A DNA stretch of 64,000 nucleotides from Bacteroidales bacterium (lineage in GTDB: Bacteria; Bacteroidota; Bacteroidia; Bacteroidales; WCHB1-69). The notes under the pieces are model-generated. The model ran no database searches and was not told the DNA's origin. It saw only the letters and a list, made by a program, of their open reading frames with translations. Numbering within the stretch: position 1 is the stretch's first letter; each line of letters begins with the position of its first letter. The stretch covers positions 146,360 to 210,359 of the forward strand of contig JAFRUI010000014.1 of assembly GCA_017438945.1 (NCBI GenBank), given 5' to 3'. Shown here one piece after another: positions 36,630 through 46,866 of this stretch. Made by a program: the position numbers and the translations under genes.

Positions 36630-39600
36630 CTACTGCGACAGCATCAGCTGAAGCTGAATACCCGTCTGGAAATTCATCCGGTTGTATTGATTCTGGTTTT
36701 TCGGCCGGTTGATGGTTTGGTCGTAGTAGAATTTGATACCGACCATACGACTGAACTGATAATCCGCCGCCACATTAATGGTAATATCCAAGGATCCTGA
36801 TGTAACTTGCTCATCATCTTCCGTGATTCTACGCAGCATTGTCTGGTTGTCTTTCAGGCCAAATCCGGCTGTGAGATTCAAGTCGCTGACAAACTGCCGT
36901 TTCATGCCGGAAAACACCAGTCCAATCTTGATGTCTTTGAAGCGATAGCCTGCGGAGACAGTCACCTCTTTGCTGGTGGTTTCGGTCAGCTGGGTGTTTG
37001 TGAAACTCAAGGAGATGTTGCGGGATTGTTTGTATTCAACTTTCAGCAACATACTGTTTTTCAAAGTCATATCAAAACCAATGAGTGGGGAGAACTGTTC
37101 CGACAATGCCATTTGGCTGAGTTCGTGTGTGGAGATGAAGTCACCGAGGGCATTATATGCGTTGGGGAATCCATTTTCATCCTGAGTGTATGAGATGTTC
37201 GTAGAATAGCCGTTGACATTGTAGTTACAGGTGTAATTGTGGATAAGGGAGAAAGTCTGGAAGACCCTGTTCATACCTTTGATTTTGGTAAGTCCGTTGT
37301 AATTGATGCGCCAGTTGGGGAGCGGGATTTTCAAGAAGGGGGAGAAGATGTTGGATTTCTCAGCATCTTTATTCAGATAAGTGGCAAAGAAAGCACCCAT
37401 TAACACATCTTGGGATATGGCGCTGTAACCAATGGGGAATCCTGTCTCCGGGTCCACCTCTCCAGTGCTGTTGGGGTTGTTTTGGGCATAACGTTCCGAT
37501 AATTGAGCTCTTACAGCACGGAAATCTTGGAATAAATCGTCATGATTCTTAAAGAAAGTTCCTAAACCGCAATATGTCATGCTGAAGGAGCCGGAGCGTT
37601 GGGGGGTGTAGTGTTCCACAATACCCATCTCATTCACATGGAAGTATTCGGAGAAGTTTTCCGTGAAGTTGCGGTTTGCCGAAACGTCAATTCGGAAATC
37701 TTTGAAAGGTTCCACAGAAGCCCGGAAGTTGAGCACCTGGTTTTTGGTCCGCTGATATGGGGAATTCATCAGCGAGTCAGTTGTCAGCCAATGGTTTCTG
37801 GCTCCAATTTCTTGAATGTCAGGTTGGCCGCCGAACATAAACAGGAAGCCGGGTGTGCTGCTTTCCTTGGTATGTCCCACAAGTGTGGCCGAATACATAT
37901 AACCTGGCAAGGTTGTTCCGCGCCCTTGAGTATAGTTGGCGGAGACATTTCTGAGGGACATCAGCAGTCGCACGGTTCCATCCAGGATGATCTTGCCGAC
38001 TTGCGGCTTCTCTTTCAGCGAGTCGTTCTTGTCTCTGTTCTTTCTGCCCTTTTGGATTTCCTCTTCGGTCTCTTCTTTGGAAGCTTTGGAGTCTTTGGAG
38101 CCTTTAGGGTCTCTTGAGTTGGCGTTTTTGCCCGATTTGTTGTTCTGGAGAATGCCCTGGTTCACCTTTTTAAGATACGGGACAGAATTGTAAAGAGTCA
38201 CAAAATTCAAAGAGGCGTTCCCTTGAACATTCTGTGAGTTTTGGATGGTGTTGCCAAGGTATGCGAGCGAAAGAGCCGATGCGGAGAAGGTGTACATGGA
38301 GGTATAGCGTACATTGGCATTTACGAACTTGAACAACGGTATTTTGTTCAGCGGGAGTTGGTAGGTGGCGTTGAAGTTCTGGCGGTAGTCGGTGGTACGT
38401 CCTCCTTTGCCGATGCAGCGCCATAACGAGTCTTTTTTCACGCGGGTGTCAATACGTCCGTCCGGCTCGTCTATGCGTGCTGAAGCATCGGCTTTGAACT
38501 CCAATTTCAGACTTTGGAAGATATCCCAGTTGACAGCGTAGTTTCTTGTCCAGTCGTAGGATTTCACATAGTTGGTGTCAATGATGATATTTCCTTGACT
38601 CTTAGGACGGTATTTGAACTCCTGCAAATCACGGTGCATACTGGTGCGAACGGTGATGTTCTTCGGCATGGGTGTGATGTTGAAATCCCGGATCAGCTGG
38701 AGCCATTTGCTCTTGGTCCATTTTGCACGCGAGAAAGGACGGAAGTTTTTAGGGTTGGTGCTGAAGGTATAGCCGATTTCTCCATGATGAATGTATTCGT
38801 TATTCATCTCCATATCCTCATTGCGCTGAATCATTTCGGAATAGGAGTAAGAGAAGTCGAGGTTTTCGATATCCCAAGGATGCATTTTGGTGTTGCCCTT
38901 TGAGAAGTCACGCTCTTTGCGGACGTTCATCAGGTTCACATTCTGCCGTTGGGTTACCGTGTTGGTTAGGAAGCGCAGGGAGTCGCGGGCTTCGGCGTTG
39001 GGAAGTTGCGACAGCTCGTCTCTCATCTTAACATCCGGATTCAGCGGGTTGTATTCCGGTTGCACAACGCCCAAGGAGTAGTCGTAATGAAGAGGGATTC
39101 TGATATTCCATTTCTCCGGGAAGAAAAGTTTTCCTCCGTCGATGTTGGTGGCAATGTCCACGTTGATGTTGGTCTCATGAGCCCTTTCGGTAATGGATTG
39201 CTCTAAAGCTCCGTAGCCGGGGGTGGAGTATGTTCCAGACACGGTGATATTACCGACATCAGCGAGGGTGGTGCGGGCGCGCAGGAGGGCGGCGACCCCT
39301 TGACGGTCGTCGAAGCCGCTCAAACGCAGTTCGTTAATCCAGACTTCCGCTGATTTTGGCAACATGTCATCGTAGTAGCCGTGCGGGTCTGCATTTTGAG
39401 TCCGTTTCTTGGGGTTGCGAACGCCGATCATGATGGTCGTGACCTCGCCTAAGTTGGGGTTGCCCACCACGGTCATCCGGTTTTCGCCGGTTTCAAGACC
39501 TACAGGAGGGTAAGGTATGGTGTTGCCGGGATGCATGCCGTTTCTGACGGCGGCATTACGTTGCATCTTCAAAGCAACCAAGGAGTCCAATGAGATAAAC

Positions 39601-42600
39601 ATGCGGTTTTTCTCCGGCCAGATGGCATTGGTGTCGCGACCGACTGTCCAAGGGGTGATATCCACGGGAATTTCATATTCGTAGAAGTTCTCCGTGAAGT
39701 CGGATCCTAAACGGATGAAAACCCGGATGTCGCCAGGATTCAGCTCACCGGAAGAGTGGGCATCCTCGGCGTGGATGTACATCTGCAAGTTGTTGAACTG
39801 GCGCAGGTCGTATGATGTGTTTTTATACACGGCACGAGAGTCGCCGTCGGGCAGGTTGACCACTTTCATGGTCAAAGACTGCTCGTTTTGGTTGATAAGC
39901 TGGGCGGTCATACCGTACGTCTGTTCACGGACAATGCCGGGAGGCAGCACGTATGGGATCGGCACTCTGTTGGCATTCTCTTCCAAACTCACAGTCCCTA
40001 CGTAGAAGGAGCATTCCCCATCATCTTGCGTCGGAAGGTAGTCACCGTCTTCACGCAGACTCAGGTTATACGAGCGCCAGTCGCTGCGGACCAGCTCGAA
40101 GGTGGCCAGACGGCAGATGATAGGCTCTTCGAAATCTTTCATGAAAACACGCATGAAGCGAATGGAGTTGAATCCGGACATGTTGTTCACCACCTTGTCG
40201 GGATTGTGAATGGGGATGCGGAATTGATACCATTTCGTGGTAGGGCGGCTTCCGTCGGGAAGTGCTTTGGGGTGCCCTTCGTAAACATCGTTGATGTAGT
40301 TCTCTCCCACCACCATTTTGTCGGGCGACAGGTCGATGACGTACTGGTAGTAACGTTCGTCTTCGCTCAAGGTATTGTCGTTGTTCATGTCCTCCATGTT
40401 GGGCATACTGGTGGCGGAAGTGGGATAGTTTTCCCCCCCTTGACCTTGTTCGGGGGAGTTGCCCTCAGCGTTATTAAAGTATTTGTATCGTTCAGTGATT
40501 TTGACGTCAGCAGCATCATAGTCGCTGCCTCTGAAGTAGTGGTAGTCATCGGCAGACGGGTCTGCGACAGCCATTTGGTAGGCTTGGGAACCGACACCGA
40601 AAGCCGCCGCCACTCTGTCAAGGAAGGATTCCTTGAAAAAATCCGCCTCACGGGTGGAGGGCAGTCCGTCGTAGCCGATATCTTGATAGACGCGAGAGCC
40701 TGTCTTGTTGTCAAAAGCGTTGATAATCATTTGCTTGGTCGGCACGCGTCCCCAAACGGTGAATTCGACATCCTCGTCTGAGTCATCGGTGGGCATTCCG
40801 TTTTCGAAAAATTTACGTCCGTCGCGCAAAATATCCTCGGAGATGTCTCCTAAGTTGAAATAGAGCTTACCTCCCTTGTGGTCTGGGTTATCAATGAACG
40901 GGTCCATCATCCAGAACTCGATATATTCGTAGTTGGAGGACTCGAAGTCGGTGTTGTCGAATTTCCGCATGATACCGCCCCAACGGGTTTCGGGGTCACG
41001 CAGGGTGCCGTCTTCGTTCAAACCACGGGAGAATCCTTCCGATCCATCGACATCATAGTTGTATGCACCGCGCTCTGACGGATAATAAGCTAAGTTGAAC
41101 ACGGTCATCAGGGTGGAAAGAGCGGTGGTGGGCTGTTCTTTGAAGGGGAAGAGCTCGGGCTCATACACCGCGCGGGCGTATGGTTGCGAAAGATCCTCCG
41201 CCGTCAGGTTCGATGGCACGGAGGTGCCTCCGTTATAGAATAACGGGTCAATGGTGTACCAGGCAAGGCGGGCGCGGTTGTAACCGTATGCCAATTGTCG
41301 GCGTGCGGAAGCGGAGATGTTCACTGGTGACGCCTCTGGGAAGAGGTCTGGCTGGCCTTGTGGTGTGGAAGCCAACACCCAGTTGGACATGTTCATCAGG
41401 TCGATGGTCGATTTCGCAGACTCGAAATTGTCAATATATGTGGTTCCACTTTTGCCGATCTGGCGGTTGTGGCCCGGGACAAAATGGGCAAATTCTCCAT
41501 CCAGGTTCAAATAAGACTTGGTGGTAGTATGGTGGAAACTTAACAGGTCAATTGCCTTGGTGATGAACGGCAACTCTGTCTTATATGCGAAGTTCATGCC
41601 CCAGATCAAGTTGTTGATGGGTTCGTCACCATAGTTGACCTTGTTGGTGATCGGACGCTCGCGGAGGTTCAGCAAGGTAGCTCCGACGGTGAAATCAGGA
41701 GAAAAGACATAGTCCAAATTCACGCCGAACATTCGCTTGTCCATCTGATAGTTGTCGTCCGTTTCCGGTGTGACGGTGATGGGTGTTCCGGAAGCCAGAA
41801 TGCTTTGGTTGATGATGGTCACCACGCCCATGTCATAGTTGACCGTATAGTCCACATTCTCTGTTAATGCCACGCCGCCGGCAGTCACTTTCACCGACTT
41901 GGTCGCGCCACCGCTGGGGAAATGGAATTCGGATCCGTATGACGAGCGATAGCTACCTTCAATGTAATATTTGTTCTTGTTAGTGATCTGCTGCGCCATC
42001 GTTTTCGTCATGGTATACAACGAATCGAAAGCATATTTGTCAGCCAACTCGGGGTCGTCGAGGGCGGCGCGCAGATCCTTGCCGAAAGGTTCTGTGGTGG
42101 GGAAGTAAACACGGCCGTTGCTGGAGTTAATGGTACCGCCATTGACGGCCGCTCCGTCAATGAAGTCGAAAACACCGTCGGGGGTGGGATCCTGCTGCTT
42201 GTTCAAACGGTCCAGACCCATTAACCTGATCAACGGGATGCCCTTTTGGGCACCTTGCGTGAAGAAACCGTTGGGAGTGCCTTCTGCGTCACCGGTATAC
42301 AAAACGTTCAGACGGAACTTCTCGGGGGAAAGCTGATATGCGGACAAGCTGTAAACGTTCTTCATCATCAGTTTCCACAGCGGCGACTTGACGTTCAGGC
42401 TGGAACTCTTCAACAGTTTGACACGGATACAGTTCGGCGTGGCCACCTCGTTGGCGAACTCACCGACTTGGTAAACGTGGTCGTCACCGATGACCGTGTA
42501 TTGGAACGCCACAGCCAGCACTTGGTCTGAGGCCAAGGCTGAATTCAGCGAGATGAAACCCAACTTGGTGTTCACCGTGTATTCACTGGGGGAAAGAAGA

Positions 42601-43931
42601 CGGGCGCTCTCCACTTTTTCGTAGTTGGTCCCGGATTTCATGCCGATGGACTGCATATTGCCCGACACATTGGCGATGTTCCTGATCAGTGAACTGTCAG
42701 CATACGAAATCAGGTTGTTAGCGTTGTTGTCAGGGTATTGGCCTCCGGGGTAAGCCGGGTTGTATGAGAGGTTTGCAAATTCGGGGTCATATTCTCCCAA
42801 ATCCGTGAATGCCACGATGTTACGATTGTTTGTGGTAGCAGAACCTACCGTGGTGCGCCAAACTTCGATTTTCGTGATGATGATAGGCGAGCTTACCAAA
42901 GGTAAAGTGCTGAGGTATTGGTTGTAATGCTCTTCGAAGAAGTGTCCCAGGAAGAAGTGTTTGTTCTCTTCATATTCGTCAGCACGGAAATAGAATTCGG
43001 TTTCCTCCGCACCTCCGGAAATGGTGATGGATTGGGAAGAACTCTTTTTACGGGAAGCCACCGCCGTGACAAACAAGTTTCCGAATTTGAGTTGTGTCTT
43101 CACGCCGAACAAACTCTGGCTGCCCGTAATCAACGTGCTGTTCAACGGGAAGGTGATGTCGCCGAATTCAATCAGCTGTAAAATGTCATCCTCCTTGCCG
43201 TTGTATTTCAGCTTGATCTGGTCTGATTTGGTGGTGACGGACAGTTCATCGGTGGAGTAGTTCAAGTTGAACTCGATTTTCTCACCGATTTTGGCTAACA
43301 AATTCAGTTGAATGTCCTCGTCGAAGTCGAGTTGCAAGTTCTTTCTCTTTTTCACGGGGATGGCGAAGTTGTCGGTCTTGGTGAATTTTACGCCCAGTTT
43401 CAAGCCGATGTTTCCGGACGGGCGGATATCTATCGTGTTGCTGCCGAAGATGCCTTCGAAAATGTCACCTCCGATATGGAGTTGTGGAATCAGACCGCTA
43501 CCGGTACGCGAATTCCCTTTACTGCCGATACTGCGGCTTTGGTTCTGCCAGTAGTCATGGATGCTCTGTTGCAGGTCGTAATCGATGTACTCGTTGATGT
43601 TCATGTATGCACCCGGTCCGAAGGGGGTGTTGCCGGTCATGTACTGGAAATTGTACGTGTTGGTGGTCGGATCGTAGATGATGGACGGTCCGACGCCCGG
43701 CGGATTCTGGAGGTAGAACGGATTGTTGGAACCAGGAATCAACGGGTTGTTGTCTGGTTGGGGCAAAGTCGGAGGATTCGTGTCAGGCGGACAAACCGGG
43801 TACGACAGTAGAGCCCTCTCAGGCAAAGACTTATGCATTCCGATCACGTCCGAAGCAAGCAGACTCAATGGCACGAGCCCGATTACAAGGAATGCTAGGA
43901 TGACAGCACGTATATAATGTCTTACTTTCAA
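36630..43931 (-). CDS. sprA: T9SS translocon / cell-surface gliding protein SprA (Sov)
   Basis: 2433 aa with a signal peptide. Its giant beta-barrel size and its position next to ruvA match the SprA/Sov arrangement I recall for other Bacteroidota. Confidence 0.92.
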   Translation of the reverse strand: MKVRHYIRAVILAFLVIGLVPLSLLASDVIGMHKSLPERALLSYPVCPPDTNPPTLPQPDNNPLIPGSNNPFYLQNPPGVGPSIIYDPTTNTYNFQYMTGNTPFGPGAYMNINEYIDYDLQQSIHDYWQNQSRSIGSKGNSRTGSGLIPQLHIGGDIFEGIFGSNTIDIRPSGNIGLKLGVKFTKTDNFAIPVKKRKNLQLDFDEDIQLNLLAKIGEKIEFNLNYSTDELSVTTKSDQIKLKYNGKEDDILQLIEFGDITFPLNSTLITGSQSLFGVKTQLKFGNLFVTAVASRKKSSSQSITISGGAEETEFYFRADEYEENKHFFLGHFFEEHYNQYLSTLPLVSSPIIITKIEVWRTTVGSATTNNRNIVAFTDLGEYDPEFANLSYNPAYPGGQYPDNNANNLISYADSSLIRNIANVSGNMQSIGMKSGTNYEKVESARLLSPSEYTVNTKLGFISLNSALASDQVLAVAFQYTVIGDDHVYQVGEFANEVATPNCIRVKLLKSSSLNVKSPLWKLMMKNVYSLSAYQLSPEKFRLNVLYTGDAEGTPNGFFTQGAQKGIPLIRLMGLDRLNKQQDPTPDGVFDFIDGAAVNGGTINSSNGRVYFPTTEPFGKDLRAALDDPELADKYAFDSLYTMTKTMAQQITNKNKYYIEGSYRSSYGSEFHFPSGGATKSVKVTAGGVALTENVDYTVNYDMGVVTIINQSILASGTPITVTPETDDNYQMDKRMFGVNLDYVFSPDFTVGATLLNLRERPITNKVNYGDEPINNLIWGMNFAYKTELPFITKAIDLLSFHHTTTKSYLNLDGEFAHFVPGHNRQIGKSGTTYIDNFESAKSTIDLMNMSNWVLASTPQGQPDLFPEASPVNISASARRQLAYGYNRARLAWYTIDPLFYNGGTSVPSNLTAEDLSQPYARAVYEPELFPFKEQPTTALSTLMTVFNLAYYPSERGAYNYDVDGSEGFSRGLNEDGTLRDPETRWGGIMRKFDNTDFESSNYEYIEFWMMDPFIDNPDHKGGKLYFNLGDISEDILRDGRKFFENGMPTDDSDEDVEFTVWGRVPTKQMIINAFDNKTGSRVYQDIGYDGLPSTREADFFKESFLDRVAAAFGVGSQAYQMAVADPSADDYHYFRGSDYDAADVKITERYKYFNNAEGNSPEQGQGGENYPTSATSMPNMEDMNNDNTLSEDERYYQYVIDLSPDKMVVGENYINDVYEGHPKALPDGSRPTTKWYQFRIPIHNPDKVVNNMSGFNSIRFMRVFMKDFEEPIICRLATFELVRSDWRSYNLSLREDGDYLPTQDDGECSFYVGTVSLEENANRVPIPYVLPPGIVREQTYGMTAQLINQNEQSLTMKVVNLPDGDSRAVYKNTSYDLRQFNNLQMYIHAEDAHSSGELNPGDIRVFIRLGSDFTENFYEYEIPVDITPWTVGRDTNAIWPEKNRMFISLDSLVALKMQRNAAVRNGMHPGNTIPYPPVGLETGENRMTVVGNPNLGEVTTIMIGVRNPKKRTQNADPHGYYDDMLPKSAEVWINELRLSGFDDRQGVAALLRARTTLADVGNITVSGTYSTPGYGALEQSITERAHETNINVDIATNIDGGKLFFPEKWNIRIPLHYDYSLGVVQPEYNPLNPDVKMRDELSQLPNAEARDSLRFLTNTVTQRQNVNLMNVRKERDFSKGNTKMHPWDIENLDFSYSYSEMIQRNEDMEMNNEYIHHGEIGYTFSTNPKNFRPFSRAKWTKSKWLQLIRDFNITPMPKNITVRTSMHRDLQEFKYRPKSQGNIIIDTNYVKSYDWTRNYAVNWDIFQSLKLEFKADASARIDEPDGRIDTRVKKDSLWRCIGKGGRTTDYRQNFNATYQLPLNKIPLFKFVNANVRYTSMYTFSASALSLAYLGNTIQNSQNVQGNASLNFVTLYNSVPYLKKVNQGILQNNKSGKNANSRDPKGSKDSKASKEETEEEIQKGRKNRDKNDSLKEKPQVGKIILDGTVRLLMSLRNVSANYTQGRGTTLPGYMYSATLVGHTKESSTPGFLFMFGGQPDIQEIGARNHWLTTDSLMNSPYQRTKNQVLNFRASVEPFKDFRIDVSANRNFTENFSEYFHVNEMGIVEHYTPQRSGSFSMTYCGLGTFFKNHDDLFQDFRAVRAQLSERYAQNNPNSTGEVDPETGFPIGYSAISQDVLMGAFFATYLNKDAEKSNIFSPFLKIPLPNWRINYNGLTKIKGMNRVFQTFSLIHNYTCNYNVNGYSTNISYTQDENGFPNAYNALGDFISTHELSQMALSEQFSPLIGFDMTLKNSMLLKVEYKQSRNISLSFTNTQLTETTSKEVTVSAGYRFKDIKIGLVFSGMKRQFVSDLNLTAGFGLKDNQTMLRRITEDDEQVTSGSLDITINVAADYQFSRMVGIKFYYDQTINRPKNQNQYNRMNFQTGIQLQLMLSQ

Positions 43932-43946
43932 ACTTTCTTTTTTTTG

Positions 43947-44537
43947 TTACAACAATTTCAACGACTTCTTAATAAGTTCTTCCACAGATAGTTGTATTCC
44001 CTCTGCTTTTATGATTTTATCCAACACTGCTTCTGCTCCGGATTTCGGGAAACCCAAAGCAACAAGAGCAGATAACGCTTCATATTTGTTATTATTGTAT
44101 GCCACGTTAATTTTTGTTGCATCCGCCCAGGAAGCCTTCTTCGCCTTGTCCTTCAATTCTATCACAACACGCTGCGCGGTCTTGGCGCCAATGCCTTTTA
44201 CCGATTGGATGGCTTTGACGTTTTCGGTGGCGATGGCGTTCAGCACCTCGCCCACACTCATGGAAGACAGAATCAGTCGCGAAGTGTTCGGACCGATGCC
44301 ATTGACCGAGATCAACAGTTTAAACAGCTCGCGCTCCTCTTCCGTGGCAAAGCCGTAAAGCACCTGCGCATCCTCTTTCACGATGAAATGCGTGAGCAGT
44401 TTGATTTCCTGCTTGTCCTTGATTTCGGAAAATGTCGCCAAGGAAATGTTAACATAATAGCCAACCCCGCCGGCAGTCTCAATGATGATATACGCGGGAT
44501 TCACTTCTTCTATTCTGCCTTTGATGTGGTTTATCAT
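43947..44537 (-). CDS. ruvA: Holliday junction branch migration protein RuvA
   Basis: 196 aa with MINHIKGRI and HhH motifs VNGIGPNT and VKGIGAKTAQR. Confidence 0.95.
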   Translation of the reverse strand: MINHIKGRIEEVNPAYIIIETAGGVGYYVNISLATFSEIKDKQEIKLLTHFIVKEDAQVLYGFATEEERELFKLLISVNGIGPNTSRLILSSMSVGEVLNAIATENVKAIQSVKGIGAKTAQRVVIELKDKAKKASWADATKINVAYNNNKYEALSALVALGFPKSGAEAVLDKIIKAEGIQLSVEELIKKSLKLL

Positions 44538-44556
44538 ATTTTAAAAAAACAAGCGG

Positions 44557-44564
44557 CAAAGATA
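44557..44564 (-). promoter_or_regulatory. -7 box TATCTTTG for ruvA-sprA
   Basis: 20 nt upstream of ATG 44537 on the minus strand. Confidence 0.45.
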
Positions 44565-44591
44565 CAAAATTTGGGGTTATCTAGCTCATGT

Positions 44592-46658
44592 TCATTTTTC
44601 ATCCCCAGTGTAATGGAATGGAACCCCTTTTTCAGCACAGAAACTGCGCCATTTTTCTACATAATAAACGGAATTAGACCCGTCTGCCACCACTTCCTTG
44701 AATGGGAGGTGAGACATCATCTCGTCGGGGGGGATCCTCGGATTACGATGGAGAAGCAAGTAATCAATACATAGTTCATCATTTTTGTTTCGAACCATTT
44801 TTTTCTGGTTTTTGTTGAGAATAAAGTAGTTTTTGCCATTAAATCGGATGAAATCCCCGCGTTTGCACAAAAAAGGAGCGTCAAAATCGGAAGTGTCTAT
44901 CGGCACTACCATGACGATCAGGTGATGTTTCCTCACATAGTTGCTGATGTTGTAACGGTACAAATTCTCCTTCTCGTTTCGGATGGAATCCGAAAAAAGC
45001 ACCATGCTGCCTTGGCACTGAAATCCCGTCGCGCTGCTTTTCCGGATATGGTAGGCCAGAAACCCCGTTTCACTCTCCAACTGTACTTTCCGCACGGCAA
45101 AGGAGACGCAAAATAAGGTGAACAGCGTGCAGGTTGTCCAAAACGTTTTACGGCTTCTCCGATAAAGCAGCAAACACACACATCCGATAACGGCGTACAA
45201 AAGAATTACTTGAACGACGTGATAGTCAATGTTTTCCGTTACAGAGTGGGGAAGCTGCTCAATGAACCTGATGATGCGGTTCATGATGCTGATTTCCTTG
45301 GTCAGTACCCAAGAGGCATGTTGCGCGATGACAGGAATCACCGAAAGCGGCAGCAGGGAGATGCCGGTGATGATAACGACAAAGGAGAGAGTGATCACGG
45401 ACAGGTTGGAGAGCAGGAAGTAGTTGGGAAATTTCGCAAAATAGTAGATGGAGATGGGGAACGTGCCGATCTGCGCCGCCACGGAAACCGTAACCAACTC
45501 CCAAAAATAGTTTCCGATGCGGGTCCGGCACGTGTACAATGCCGATAACTTTGGTTGGAAGAGCACAATTCCCGCCACAGCAAGGTAGCTGAGCTGGAAA
45601 CCCACCTCGAATAATAGCAGTGGATTGACAATCAGGAGAATGAACATAGAGGCAAACAGACTGTGGAAAACATTGGTGTTCCGTCGCAGCAGCTGCCCGG
45701 CGGCCACAAACGTGAACATGGTGGCGGAGCGCGTTACAGACGGAGCTAATCCGGTGATGTGCGCATACAGCCAAATGATCAGCATGACCAAAATTGTTTT
45801 GAGGATTCTTGAGCGGCGAAAAAAATCCAGAGGCTTCAGCATGAAGTTGATAATCATGAAGATAACGCCCACGTGCATTCCGGAAACACACAGAATGTGG
45901 CTTACTCCCGCAGATGAATAGGAGGCCTTCAGCTCGGGATCCAAGGTGTCGTCATCGCCCAACAGGATGGCTTTCAGAATGTCCAATTCCTCGCCGTTCA
46001 TTCCTGCGGATATATAGGTGCTTGTCAGTCTGTTACGCGTTTTTTGCGCTAGGTATTTCACCCTGTTTTCGGGTCTGTTGCCAATACTCTCCCAGGCGTT
46101 CTCGTTCACGAAGCCAGTATAGTGGATGCCCCGCAGTTGCATGTAACGCTGGTTGTCGAAAGCGTCCGGATTGTATGGCGGCGGGATGCGGGATAGTTTC
46201 GCGTGAACAAACAGAAGGTCGCCGTAATGTAGCCCCTTGGCATCGGCGGAGGGTTTCAGGTAGAGCAGAACTTTTGCTTTTACGTCCTGTTTGTGGTTGA
46301 CTTGCAATACTTCCACCGGGATTTTCACATTCTTTTGACGCAGAGTGGGCTCTTCCGCCACGCGAACCACCCAGTCGGTGTTGCTCGTCATCAATTCAGT
46401 AGGCAATGTCGGATGTAACCTTATGTTAGTCAGTAATATACCTGTCATAATAAAAGCTATGACCATCATAAGAGTCTTCCCGATTCGCCAGCGATACGAT
46501 TTGACAAACGTCAAGGAAAAGGTCATCAGAAAAGATACGCCTGTTAAGGTTAGCAGCAAGGGTCTGATCTGTTCCCCAAAATCGGCGTTGTAAGCAATAA
46601 GAATACCGATGACATACGGGAAAAGCAGTTTCACAACAGGATAGTTTTCAATCTTCAT
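44592..46658 (-). CDS. comEC: ComEC/Rec2 family membrane protein (no MBL domain)
   Basis: 688 aa, polytopic, with SGMHVG, a DUF4131-like N-terminus and a competence domain. Confidence 0.8.
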   Translation of the reverse strand: MKIENYPVVKLLFPYVIGILIAYNADFGEQIRPLLLTLTGVSFLMTFSLTFVKSYRWRIGKTLMMVIAFIMTGILLTNIRLHPTLPTELMTSNTDWVVRVAEEPTLRQKNVKIPVEVLQVNHKQDVKAKVLLYLKPSADAKGLHYGDLLFVHAKLSRIPPPYNPDAFDNQRYMQLRGIHYTGFVNENAWESIGNRPENRVKYLAQKTRNRLTSTYISAGMNGEELDILKAILLGDDDTLDPELKASYSSAGVSHILCVSGMHVGVIFMIINFMLKPLDFFRRSRILKTILVMLIIWLYAHITGLAPSVTRSATMFTFVAAGQLLRRNTNVFHSLFASMFILLIVNPLLLFEVGFQLSYLAVAGIVLFQPKLSALYTCRTRIGNYFWELVTVSVAAQIGTFPISIYYFAKFPNYFLLSNLSVITLSFVVIITGISLLPLSVIPVIAQHASWVLTKEISIMNRIIRFIEQLPHSVTENIDYHVVQVILLYAVIGCVCLLLYRRSRKTFWTTCTLFTLFCVSFAVRKVQLESETGFLAYHIRKSSATGFQCQGSMVLFSDSIRNEKENLYRYNISNYVRKHHLIVMVVPIDTSDFDAPFLCKRGDFIRFNGKNYFILNKNQKKMVRNKNDELCIDYLLLHRNPRIPPDEMMSHLPFKEVVADGSNSVYYVEKWRSFCAEKGVPFHYTGDEK

Positions 46659-46740
46659 GGTAATATTTTTTTTGTAATAGTCTTGTTTTCAATGTTTTAT
46701 ATATTGTTTTCGAGGTTAATACAGATAAGTTTCCATGCCG

Positions 46741-46748
46741 CAAAAATA
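46741..46748 (-). promoter_or_regulatory. -7 box TATTTTTG for comEC
   Basis: 83 nt upstream of ATG 46658 on the minus strand. Confidence 0.4.
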
Positions 46749-46799
46749 AAAATTTTTGTTACATGAAAATCAAATATAAACAAAAAAAGCAAGCAAACG

Positions 46800-46866
46800 G
46801 CTAAATGCTAATAGCCAATAACCAATAGCCAAAAGCTAACAGCCAACAGCCAACAGCCAACAGCCG
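46800..46866. repeat. Heptamer array, 9.5 units ending in 4 perfect GCCAACA
   Basis: GCTAAAT GCTAATA GCCAATA ACCAATA GCCAAAA GCTAACA GCCAACA x3 GCCG. It abuts the fucosidase stop codon on the minus strand. Confidence 0.92.

Noticed and set aside
37985-38155. The Lys/Glu/Asp/Ser-rich segment inside SprA (NNKSGKNANSRDPKGSKDSKASKEETEEEIQKGRKNRDKND).
   Set aside because: It is probably just a disordered surface loop of a very large barrel protein, and nothing in the sequence suggests an independent element.
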